Positions 26,801 through 38,926 of a stretch of DNA of 64,000 bases are shown one piece after another. Origin of the DNA: Fimbriosthenelais zetlandica (taxonomy: Eukaryota); NCBI GenBank assembly GCA_977030845.1, contig OZ365118.1, positions 1,550,001 through 1,614,000 of the forward strand, in the 5' to 3' direction. The notes under the pieces are model-generated. The model was not told the DNA's origin. It searched no databases and saw nothing but the letters and a program-made list of their open reading frames with translations. Every line of letters begins with the position of its first letter. The stretch's first letter is position 1. Made by a program: the position numbers and the translations under genes.

Positions 26801-29543
26801 CTATTATATCTAATAGCCGGGTCCAATTTGCATATTTATAGGCAATATGAACATTCATATCTAGATAGTTCATGTTAATCCTACTGCCAACCAGAGCTGT
26901 CTGTATCTAAATACTGGAGGCTTGATCACCGCACAGCAAGGTCTTACTCTAATGCCGGGTTCACATTCATCATTACAGTTTATACAGGTCTGTAAGGCCT
27001 GGTTCATTCATCATTACAGGTTATAAAGGTCTGTAAGTCGGGGTTGATGATCAAGCCGGGTGCTATATGTATCATTAATGGATCAAATCACTGTTAAATG
27101 GAAGCTAAATGGATCTCACTACCCGTATATAGAGTTATTACACCACAGAGATGGCCGTCTCCCCTCTATATAATAAACTCTGTATAATTACATACAGGCC
27201 TGCCGCCTACATTTAAACACCTATAAATGTATTTAATCCAGTATATTCTCGTTTTAACGTGAATATAACCTGTGTTTTCGTGTGATCGTTCCCCTACATT
27301 CCCCCGTGATGGTATAGTGTATTGTACCCCTGTGAGTATATAGATCTCTATATCGTGCCTCCACCCCCCGTCACATGCCTTTAATCTGTGATTTATGAAG
27401 GATATATAGCCTCTATATGTACATAACATACAGCTAATTACATGGTGTGTATTAGTGTGTATCAGACATACAGTTAGCCCCTCACCCCCCCCCCCCCCAC
27501 CCCCACCCCCCAGTAATGGCCGACGATCACCAAACATGACGACTCCTGCTTTATAATGTTCACGTCCATCCCGCCGTCTCTATTAGACTGAGATCCAGTA
27601 ATTATCTTCATGTCTTATAATTATAGACCTTCCTTCCTCACCAACAAAGACCGTCTACACTGTAAATCAATACTCACCAGTGTACACTTCCCTCTATTGT
27701 CCTTTCATTTGTAACACCACCATTCTGCTTACTGCCACTTTTTTGTGATTCTTGAGACACGTCTGGTGTTTATCACAAGTCAGCGTTTTACGTCTTCATA
27801 TGTTGTATAAAATATGCTGAACCATCTCTAGACGTGAGTTTTATAATGGACTGACATACGGCTTTAAAGCCACTGTAGGTCTGTCCCTACCTTACAAGTG
27901 AGAGCTATTGGAAGCCCTACCCCTGATGGTTAAGCTAACCCAACACTGTCAGGCCCCAATGATAAATTCATATTGTGGAATATTATTGACGATAAGAAGG
28001 TTAGCGGGGAGATGGCTATAGTGTGAGGGCCATGTAGAATATCCCCTGATGTTTGAATGAAGACTATCCCCACGTGAAATGAAATGCTAAAAAGCCGCCT
28101 TTGGCAATCATGGCTGGTAATATTGACTCTGTCGTTGAAACTCCCACTGGTTTCATTGTTCAGCGCCAGATGCACCTGATTTTGCACTCTAGCGAGCAAT
28201 AGAAACATTCATTGGGGATGTGCCTCACTGCTATAGGCCCCACTCACATGTATGTATATTCAATGTTGCTTATTTGCATATAGATCACTAGTGAACATTG
28301 CTCTGTAACGGCCTATGTTCACTTTGCAATTTCAAAGTGACATGAATTATGAGAACACCATGTTTGACTGCCGACTATCTCTCTAATAGTCAGGGAAGTC
28401 CTGGCTGTTTTTCATACACAAAACTTTACACGAGGGTTTCTTACATGACTCCATCCCGTCTGCCAAGCTTTTTAAATTGAAATTGATTCATAGATCTATG
28501 GAATTTGATTTCTTGGAAACCAAATTGCCAACTATATATATGAAAAGAATTGCCAAGAATTTTCTGACAAAAGTACAGTTAGAAATGAATGTATTCCAGA
28601 CGTCGGGAGTTGGTATTGTGAGCTCCTGATATAACAGCAGCTCAGGCTATTCTAGACAAGCTGGAGGTAGAGACGTGTAAAGAAGCTGTTCTTGGTAGCA
28701 GCGAGACCTGGTGCTAGCTGGTGATTTATGGTTATTGTTGCATGATAGATGACTAGTTAATAAGAAACACCGCCATGTTAATTAGTCCATGTCTGCCTCC
28801 GTCTAACCAGCCTCAGGCGCTGGCTACTCTAGCTGCTCCAGATGCCTGGTGGCTAGACCACCCCCCCCCCCATCTACATCTATATATATACCTATATGAC
28901 CAGTTCCCAGAAGACCAGGAAAGGAAATCTAGACTGAAAGCTTGTCACGACCATGTCAGTGTGTACTCTATATGGTATATATCTACATAATATCTATATC
29001 ACAGTCTACCGCCAGGTCATATTCCAACTAATGGTTCCACCTCCTAGCTTTATATATAGATGACCGTGAACTCTGTACCTCAATGTCTGTAGTCTGATTA
29101 TATTATTATTAAGTACTTGTTGGCAGCCTTGCTATGAAACCTGCTAATGTATAGAAGGGCATGTTTTAGGAGCTGTCATATAAGATAGAGCATCATCAGA
29201 CCTACTGAGTTGTGAAAATAATGTAGTCAGGGGTTTTCAAATTCCTTGAGCTCAGTAGAGTAGCTCATTTTATAAGAGTTCTATGTATGTGTGTAGATAT
29301 AAATGTGAAGCCCTGGTCTCTGTCGTGGGTATAGGATGGAGTCTCTGTCGTGGGTATAGGATGGAGCCAGGACAGCTTTATATTCCAGCCACACTCCAGT
29401 AGGGGATTTAGTAGCCACAGGGACCTATACCCGCTCTTCACTCCTCCATGCTCTATCTCACTACCTCTACACCTACCATTTTAACTCCTCACTCCAGGGA
29501 AATCAAGGCTAACTATAGCAGGACATGCTTAACCTCACACCGG

Positions 29544-29776
29544 CTAAACATGACAAGTCGGGTCAACTTATAAACCATTATATCAACCAATCTCTACCAT
29601 CATATACTAAACATGACAAGTCAGGTGAACCTATACCCCATTATATCAACCAATCTCTACCATCATATACTAAACATGACAAGTCAGGTGAACCTATACC
29701 CCATTATATCAACCAATCTCTACCATCATATACTAAACATGACAAGTCAGGTCAACCTATACCCCATTATATCAAC
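29544..29776. repeat. 63-bp minisatellite (TAAACATGACAAGTCAGGTGAACCTATACCCCATTATATCAACCAATCTCTACCATCATATAC), ~3.7 copies
   Basis: Visible tandem copies; 21-aa periodicity in ORF 29525-29851. Confidence 0.95.
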
Positions 29777-30400
29777 CCTGACAATCTCTACCATAATATA
29801 GTCGAGGTCCAGCTGACAGTTGTCTCATTGAATGCCTGTATACAAGTATAGCATCCCTATAATGGAAGCCTTGAGTGTGTTATTATACGTCTATACTATA
29901 TATAGTACCATCTCTCCCTGTAATGCCTTGAGTAGGCCTACCATTATTATACGTCTGTACTCTATATTGCCGGACTTCAGCCACTCTGCTCTTCCTCCTC
30001 ACATTAACATATACGGTTTGCCCTTTTGGATCTGCTTTCAGCAACATTGTCCCGACTCACGGCCATGTGGCTACTGGTGGGTGTTTGGTAATAAGTGTTC
30101 AATGTCAGTAAAGGGTAGAGTCAGGGAAGAGTCAGACTGTCTGCTAAACTCTCACTGGTTATTGTAACCACTTACTACAGTATGTAGACTGACACTAGAG
30201 CGTCTGTCAGAGAATAGTCATGTTCACTATACGGAGGTGATGTTACTGATACAATAACAGTTTTATTAAGCTGTGTAAATGAAAAATTCGGAGAAAATGA
30301 CCATGTAAAACTTAAGATTAAGATCTTTTATTCACATGCGAGCAGTACATTGGAATTAGGCTTAAAATCCAAAAGTGACGTTAAACCCCATTCAATCAAT

Positions 30401-30614
30401 AGGCTTAAAATCAGTGAGTAGTACATGGAAATCAGGCTTAAAATCAGTGAGTAGTACATGGAAATCAGGCTTAAAATCAGTGAGTAGTACATGGAAATCA
30501 GGCTTAAAATCAGTGAGTAGTACATGGAAATCAGGCTTAAAATCAAAGAGTAGTATATGGAAATTGGGCTTAGAATCAGTGAGTAGTAGATGGAAATTGG
30601 CCTTAAAATCAGTC
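30401..30614. repeat. 33-bp minisatellite AGGCTTAAAATCAGTGAGTAGTACATGGAAATC, ~6.5 copies
   Basis: Visible tandem copies that diverge toward the 3' end. Confidence 0.95.
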
Positions 30615-31585
30615 ATTTTTACTTGCTAAATCTAGTAATGTATTTATGAATGTCCGCGACCATTTGAAGACATCTCACATGGAAAGGTTGACAGGGACTT
30701 GATCTGGTGTTAATAATACATACATGTATGATGATCTGATATCATGTCTATACATTATACAGTGATGGGGACTGTAGGTTCTCATCCAGGCCTGCTATAG
30801 GGCGATCTGCCGCCTGTCATATGGCTGTAGGCCTGTTATATGTGGCAATCTGCCGCCTGTCATATGGCGCTAGCCTCAGGTAAGATTCCTGGTCACTAAC
30901 CAGGCCTTAGACATTACTGGAGACTACCATCTCATATGACATGCTTACTAGAGTGCTTCTGTCCATGGCGGGTCCAGTAAGATGGGGTGTCTGGGCGGGA
31001 ATGGCTGGATGCTACATTACCAGGTGGTATTACACTAGACAAGGTACATTCCAACCACAGCTGGCTAGACCAAGCTCTCACACATTACACTGTAGACAAG
31101 TTAACATTCCCTCCACAGCTGCCCGGACCAAGCTGTCACATATAACCTACCTCATAGTCCCACCTTCTCAACTCTACTCCTTAAAAAGGATTATAAGGCG
31201 AAAAGGAAACTGAAGAGTTTGAGCGGATTATGAGATGGATTTCCTTCCTATTGTTCTAGTTTCATATATGTACGGGAGCTGGCCTTTTAAAGTATCCAAT
31301 TATCAGGTCGTCATCGTAGCTGACAGAGCCAATATGTGCTCACAGTGATAGTCCGTCATCCATCATACAAGCCCGGCAAAACAGGAAGTTTCACTTTGGT
31401 TGTGTGGGTCTTACCGGGTAATAGGGAATGTGGAGGTCTATTAATCACGTGTAATCCATACTGCCGGCTGGCCTCCCCCCTCCCCCTCCCCCTCCCCCCC
31501 TCCCCCCATCACAGGTGGTTTATCATGGCTTTACACTCCACCCCTGGTTTAAATGAGTCTGATATACACTAGTACAAGCCGTGGA

Positions 31586-32569
31586 CATGGTGGACCAGCC
31601 ATCTCCTGTCATAGTCCACCATCAGGTCATGGTGGACCAGCCATCTCCTGTCATAGTCCACCATCAGGACATGGTGGACCAGCCATCTCCTGTCATAGTC
31701 CACCATCAGGTCATGGTGGACCAGCCATCTCCTGTCATAGTCCACCATCAGGTCATGGTGGACCAGCCATCTCCTGTCATAGTCCACCATCAGGTCATGG
31801 TGGACCAGCCATCTCCTGTCATAGTCCACCATCAGGTCATGGTGGACCAGCCATCTCCTGTCATAGTCCACCATCAGGTCATGGTGGACCAGCCATCTCC
31901 TGTCATAGTCCACCATCAGGACATGGTGGACCAGCCATCTCCTGTCATAGTCCACCATCAGGACATGGTGGACCAGCCATCTCCTGTCATAGTCCACCAT
32001 CAGGTCATGGTGGACCAGCCATCTCCTGTCATAGTCCACCATCAGGACATGGTGGACCAGCCATCTCCTGTCATAGTCCACCATCAGGACATGGTGGACC
32101 AGCCATCTCCTGTCATAGTCCACCATCAGGTCATGGTGGACCAGCCATCTCCCGTCATAGTTCACCATCAGGTCATGGTGGACCAGCCATCTCCCGTCAT
32201 AGTTCACCATCAGGTCATGGTGGACCAGCCATCTCCCGTCATAGTCCACCATCAGGTCATGGTGGACCAGCCATCTCCTGTCATAGTCCACCAACAGGTC
32301 AGGTCATGGTGGACCAGCCATCTCCTGTCATAGTCCACCATCAGGTCATGGTGGACCAGCCATCTCCTGTCATAGTCCACCATCAGGTCATGGTGGACCA
32401 GCCATCTCCTGTCATAGTCCACCATCAGGTCATGGTGGACCAGCCATCTCCTGTCATAGTCCACCATCAGGTCAGGTCATGGTGGACCAGCCATCTCCTG
32501 TCATAGTCCACCATCAGGTCATGGTGGACCAGCCATCTCCTGTCATAGTCCACCATCAGGTCAGGTCAT
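31586..32569. repeat. 42-bp minisatellite CATGGTGGACCAGCCATCTCCTGTCATAGTCCACCATCAGGT, ~23 copies, with a 9-bp inverted repeat in each unit
   Basis: Visible tandem copies; ATGGTGGAC and GTCCACCAT are reverse complements; source of ORFs 31553-32506, 31569-32294 and 31581-32333. Confidence 0.97.
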
Positions 32570-32573
32570 TATT

Positions 32574-32662
32574 TATACGCCCCCTGACGGCGTATAATAC
32601 GCCCCCTGACGGCGTACAATACGCCCCCTGACGGCGTACAATACGCCCCCTGACGGCGTACA
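32574..32662. repeat. 22-bp tandem repeat TACGCCCCCTGACGGCGTACAA, 4 copies, with TACGCC/GGCGTA inverted arms
   Basis: Visible tandem copies directly abutting the 42-bp array. Confidence 0.94.
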
Positions 32663-34311
32663 GATGGTGATCACAGCGCCACCACGCGCCATTGTTGTGT
32701 AATGCAGGGATGGTACATGTCATACCATGTCTGGTACTATGATGGTACATGTCATACCATGTCTGCTACTATGATGGTATTAACCAGAACCCCACATTCC
32801 CCCAGTATGGGGACTGTCAGTGATTTAGACCCTCTCACCCTGCAAAATGTACCAGTGGAGGACGGCCTTAACGCCTTGAACACTTGGACCAAAACATTAA
32901 TTTTATTGTGACACAAGCATCACCTTTGTCGCAGTAGTGTCGCAAGTAAAATGGCAGCAGTGGAGTGAAGGCTTAAGGCCTGGTATGTTCCTGGCACACT
33001 TTACACTGTTTTAGCCGCTCAGTAGGGGGTGCTGTGTAGTGGGTGGGGGTGGGGGGGGGGGGTGGCTGTGTAGGGGGTGGCTGCATGAAGGACTGCCACA
33101 TGAATAAGACATAAAGATGGGAGCCAGGTGGTCACCTACTTGATGCTGACACTGCCTCCACCCATCACAGAGATGGACATGATGAGTGATGGTCCAATAA
33201 GAGATAATCTCACAGATTTATAGCCCCTCCACCTCCCATCACCTCCCATCCCCGCCCCATCCCCCGCCTCCAGGGGCCACCTTCACACCAGATTCACCAA
33301 TTAATGCCCGGTTTACTGATTGATTCTCCAGCACGGGAGACTTCTTGTGTCTAACTGGAGATTAGTGTGGTATGTAGGGGGGATGGCGGGGATGAGGCGT
33401 TTAGTGGGGTATGTAGGGGGGGTAGACGGGATGAGGCGTTTGTGGCTTATTGACGGGCTGATATAGCGGGATCTAACGTCCACTGGGCACACTTCTATAA
33501 TCTCTCCCCCGCGCTGACAGCCGGGCTCTATCCGCCTGATAACACCCGCCAGGTTATGCACTTCATTTCAAGGCAAACTCAGTACAAGCAGCAAAAACGG
33601 ATTTCCACCACATATATATTTTACTTCTCTAAGGCAGCGTCAATTCCAGCGCGAGCCTGGAATTGATTCCTACATTTGTAAGCCAATAAAATAACATAAA
33701 TATCCCCTGTAGAACAAATGCATCTGAAATGCCAACATCTGAAGGAGCCTGGCACATCTAACTGGAATCTTTTTCTTCTATATAGAGCATAATAAATCTT
33801 ATATCATCTAGAAACGGAGTGATCTGATTTAATATAGTCTGTGTATAAAGTGTGTCTGTAGAGAATAACCAGGCTATTCTGCCTGGACATTGAGATTCCT
33901 ATAGGTGGGGGCTGGGGGCTGGAGGCAGGGGGCCTGGGCTATAGGCTATAGGCCGGGAGCTGGAGACTGGGATGGTTTCATTTATTACCAGCCTCTCTGA
34001 CACCTTTGTGTAGAGGCCGGTGACGGGGGAGATGGAGGAGTGCGTGTCCAGGCTCGTGTCTATTCCCCTCCTTGTCTGTTTAAATTTATGAGGTCAGTCT
34101 CTGCTGATTGACCCTCCTCTAGACAGCCCAACAAAAGCTGGAAGTCTGGGTGAGGGGATGTGTGTGTGGTGAGGGGTGGGGTGGGATGGGTGGGAGGGGA
34201 GATGGGTGGGGCGGAGAGGGGAGATGGGTGGGGCGGAGGGGGAGGTGTGAAGGTGTTGATGGAAGGGACCATAGATGGTTACACCTCCACTCCAGACCCA
34301 GACCTATAGGT

Positions 34312-34436
34312 CCCTTCCTTGTCCCTCCAGACCCTACCCTTCCTTGTCTCTCCAGACCTACCCTTCCTTGTCCCTCCAGACCTACCCTTCCAGGCCTACC
34401 CTTCCTTGCCCCACCTGGCCTACCCTTCCTTGTCCC
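34312..34436. repeat. ~24-bp degenerate tandem repeat CCCTTCCTTGTCCCTCCAGACCTA, ~5 copies
   Basis: Visible tandem copies. Confidence 0.85.
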
Positions 34437-35964
34437 ACTAGGTGGTGCTTGACTCGCTACTTTCATTCTCCATCTATTTGTGTTGGCATGCATTCACTGA
34501 TGGAGCGATGGAGCATGCATTCACACATGGAGCGATACAAGATGGCTGACAATTGCCTCATTCAATTAGCGGGATCGGCAAGTAGGAAACATGGACAATT
34601 GGGATCAGTGACAATAGGGAGGGATGTATTGGGCATCAGGGGTTGTAACACTGCAGGCACATAAAGCCTGAGGTGTGAATGTGCCTGAGATGAGTCAACA
34701 TTGACCTGTCTGTGTGCCTACACACGGCATAATTAACCAGTGATAGTTGTAGCTCAACCTCTGTTAGCTGGCGAAAAATGCCTCCAGTCACTGCCCCACA
34801 CCAACACCTGGACGGGCGGCATAACGTTCACATGGCATGCCAGTAACTAACTCCCATCTCTCTACTACTCACATCCCCTACCCAGCACCCATCCTACCAC
34901 CCTACCACCACCCTACCCACCACCCATCCCTCAGACAGACCTGCCGATAACGAAGACCCCGCCGCACGAATCAATCAAATTTGTTCCCACGGTGATTCTT
35001 CAACATTGATATGACAACGTCATGCTGATAACAGCGTCATTATTCTTCTGTCCAATCAGACGGAGTGAGATTTATCCAATTAGGGCTGATGGAGATTCCG
35101 TGTTATCAGGGAATAAAGCGCTCCACTAGAAGCCCTACCTGTACATGTATCACCTGCAGGTCTATATTAATATAAATTATCACACCCTCATTACATCATT
35201 AGTCTCACTATCTTTATTTTACATTAGTCAAGTCATGTGACCTCCGTGTTTTATCTCCTACTTAATCTGGATTGTTTTTTGGAGCATGCGCAGTCAATTA
35301 CACGCCTGATCCAATATAGTCACCTGATTATAATCCACCAATAGGAGGGCAGCATGCCAACAATGTAACAACCCATTGTCTGCATCTACATCTCCATACA
35401 CACCCCTGACTCTATCTCCCCAACCCCACCCAACCCCCGGTAACAATACCCAAATAAAGACCAATATGTTTATGACTTGTTACAGTAAGGGTAGCTGATA
35501 ATAGAATGTTGGTGAGTTGGTGGAGTCCGGTGCTTGTGTGGAGTAGTTTCCAGTCAGCAGCTGGTAGGGAGAATGGTGATGACAATAAGAAGCTAATTTA
35601 TCACCACTCCTTCATTAGTGAGTGAGGGGGCAGGTGTTCCACAAGACCAGATTAATTCTCCCTGTCTCCCATCTCCCCCCCCCCCCCACCCCCGGGCTAC
35701 ATGTACCCTACACAGACTAACCGTATTAAGCATGCTTTACCTGGCGTATAAACCTGCCCCCTTCCCCTGCCCCTCCCCCAGCCCACCCCTGCCCATGCCC
35801 GGTCATTACCTCTCTATCATTAACATGGCTTGATTACATCTAATCATCTCAGGCAGGTATATCATACTGGAGACATGTACAGTCATTATGTGATGGATCC
35901 TGTCTAATGGCAGGACTTGGTCCATTCAAGGCTTTAAAAATGAGAAATTAACCAGCAGGGAACA

Positions 35965-36120
35965 NNNNNNNNNNNNNNNNNNNNNNNNNNNNNNNNNNNN
36001 NNNNNNNNNNNNNNNNNNNNNNNNNNNNNNNNNNNNNNNNNNNNNNNNNNNNNNNNNNNNNNNNNNNNNNNNNNNNNNNNNNNNNNNNNNNNNNNNNNNN
36101 NNNNNNNNNNNNNNNNNNNN
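35965..36120. other. Assembly gap (156 N)
   Basis: Run of N. Confidence 1.
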
Positions 36121-38800
36121 TAGTAAGGTAAGACAGTGAGCAGCTCGCCTGAGCCAGACCTGAGCAGATACTTTATATCAAGGTTACTGTTTACCAGGAA
36201 ACATGGCAGTCTGAGCTCCTCCAGTAGCTACTATCGCCCCCTCCACGGGCGGTATACCTTTATAGATAATCTCCCTGTCTATAAATCAGGTGATAATCCG
36301 GCGTGGTGTGTGTAAGATGTAGATGGTCAGGAATTAAAGGTAACGCTTTGTACAGCCTGCCGTGTGTCAGTAATCTAGGACATGATGGTGAGAGGACATG
36401 GACATGATGAGTGCAGCCAGCATGTCCTGGACTTATTACATAAAGGACTAACTCCTCACAGACATGGGTGCTTCTACAAGACTCATGTCTACCATGTCAT
36501 CTCTACTGAGCGGGCAGACAGTCAGGGTCAGTGGTACATTGTCCGCCTCTGGCTACGCCAGGCTACGCCAGGCTTGCCGGTTAATTCATATCAGTTGTCA
36601 TTAGCGGTCGGCCATTATTCTGGACGCGCATGCGTGAAGTAAGAACTGCCTCACGCCTCAAAGAAAGACGCTTTTTTCTTCATCTGTGTTGAGATAAATT
36701 AGATTTGGACCCGGCCGGTTGGCCCTGTTATTTAAAGGCGGCTCAAAATAATTCCCAGCCTCGCTGAGTGGGTGTAATATCTGGATGAGAACAGTAGGAG
36801 GGAGGAAGACCCAGTTTTTTGCCTCATTTATTATTAAAACCCTTCTTGCCACCAATATTATCCTGGAAGCTGCCTCACGGACATCATGTGAGGACGTATC
36901 ATATTGTTGGATCATATTTACACAATATCTCACAATAAACCTCACCTAGACTTCCACAACTAAACATTCAAATCATCTCAATACGTTCACCAATAAATTG
37001 TCAATGAATCAAATGTAAATATAGATGTGACATGCCTGTGATGTAGGATGTGGAGTTTGGTCGTGGGATGAACATTGTGAATGCCCACCGCCTGAATACT
37101 AAATGGCTCGTCTAAAACCAGCCCCGCCCGTATCAACTTGTCACGGGTAATTTGAATTCAGTCAGTCTAGTTTTGAATAAACAAGGTTTTATTTGATCCA
37201 GTAGAGCCGTGTGATGTGAGAGGGTGAGGCCAGGGTGGAGGTGCTCCTCACAGGGCTGGAGGTGCTCATGATACTGGAGCACATTTAAATGCACATCCCC
37301 GCCCCCCCGCCCCCATCCCCCGGGCTGGTCAACCGATCAGTTACCTAGCCCCCAATACTCCACCTCACATCCCCTATACCATCTACCACTCCTCTCACCT
37401 TAAGGTAGTCCTCCACTTCTGCCATTTTGCTTGAGACACTTATACGACAAAGTGTTCCGGTGTTTTTGCCAATTTTAGTTAATCTTAGACACCAAGATAT
37501 CCACTAAGAGTTAAGTGGCTGTACAGGTTTTCATTTTCTCCAGGGTTTGAGGTATCAGTTGATGGGGTATCAGTTTTTGTCCCCAGGCTGTAAGGATCCA
37601 GCCTTTTCTCCCTGTGACAAAGGATTGACTTCCTCATAATAGAGGAGTTGTAGACGAGGCAGTTACTGCACGCATTTTACACGTCTATCAGACAGTCAGA
37701 TGCTTCATATGGTAATCAGGGATCCCTGGTCAAATTAGCCCCGCTCTCTACCCTCCATTGTGGAGGTGGATGATCAAGGTTTACTGGGCTAGATGCTGGT
37801 GATCATTAAACCTGAACCTCATACAGGGCTTTAGCTGCCTCACTCACTCTTATTTACATCATAATTTATAACAATTTAAGCGGTGAGCGGTGTAGCTGTG
37901 GATGGCTTTAAAATGTTGTAATCACAGTAATGGGCTGTGATGGGGGCTTCTACTGTTATATATACAGGCTAGCCCTGTACATGGACCTTGTAATGTATAC
38001 CAAGCCCATCCCTGTATACTCCCTGCTCTCAGCATGGCATACATAGGCCTTCAGAGGAGCACCGGGATGAGTTCAAAAATAGAATAAGATATTCTATTTT
38101 ATAATGCTTGGAATGACTGTGAATGTGAGGTCAGTAATCAGCCCTATAATGACAGTATGTGACCAGTTCTCCCATCACTGTCCTCCAGTCAGTACATCAC
38201 CCTCCAGGTCAGCCCCTGGAGTAAAATGGCCCTCCTCCATGCCCTCCACCAGCACTCATCCTGCCCTCCACCACCACTCATCCTGCCCTCCACCACCAGC
38301 ACTCGTCCTGCCTTTTTTCCTCCTTGTCTTGTGTTTTTTCTTCTCCCCATCTCGTTTCTTCCGCCGATGAGAAGATTGGAGTTTGAATTTGGAAGGCAGG
38401 GCTGCTGCCGGCGTGTTTAAAGCTAATTCCTGCACGTTTTTAAATTCACGGCTAGGAGGATTAAGTAAAGAAACGGCCAGGAGGAAATGTAGAGAGAAAA
38501 AGAGGCGAGCCTGGGGGGGAGGAAACTGGCACATCACTGAGTGTGATGGGGCTTCATATGATGAACGTAATGGAGCGCATTCTAACTACCAACAACTCAC
38601 TCTCTACATCTGTGTTTGGTTTTTACTTCAGAGAAGAATAATCCAAGACAGGTTCTGACTAATTACACGTCTTTACGTGAATAGAATCCAGCCTGGCCCG
38701 CGTCTCTCAGCCTTATCCAACCTCCCGCCTCTCTCAGCCTTACCCATGCAGCCTCCTGCCTCTCTCAACCTTACCCAGCCTCCCGCCTCTCTGAGATCTG

Positions 38801-38926
38801 CTGTAGCACCCATACTCTGCTGTAGCCCCCACTCTCTGCTGTAGCACCCACTCTCTGCTGTAGCTTTGCTCTGCTGTAGCACCCACTCTCTGCTGTAGCT
38901 TTGCTCTGCTGTAGCACCCACTCTCT
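38801..38926. repeat. Mosaic tandem repeat of CTGTAGCACCCACTCTCTG and CTGTAGCTTTGCTCTG units
   Basis: Visible alternating units. Confidence 0.85.

Noticed and set aside
31553-32506. 317/250/241 aa repetitive ORFs (SGHGGPAISCHSPP, MVDQPSPVIVHHQ)
   Set aside because: Stop-free translations of the 42-bp array on both strands, with no flanking domain, splice context or codon-position bias in the variants.
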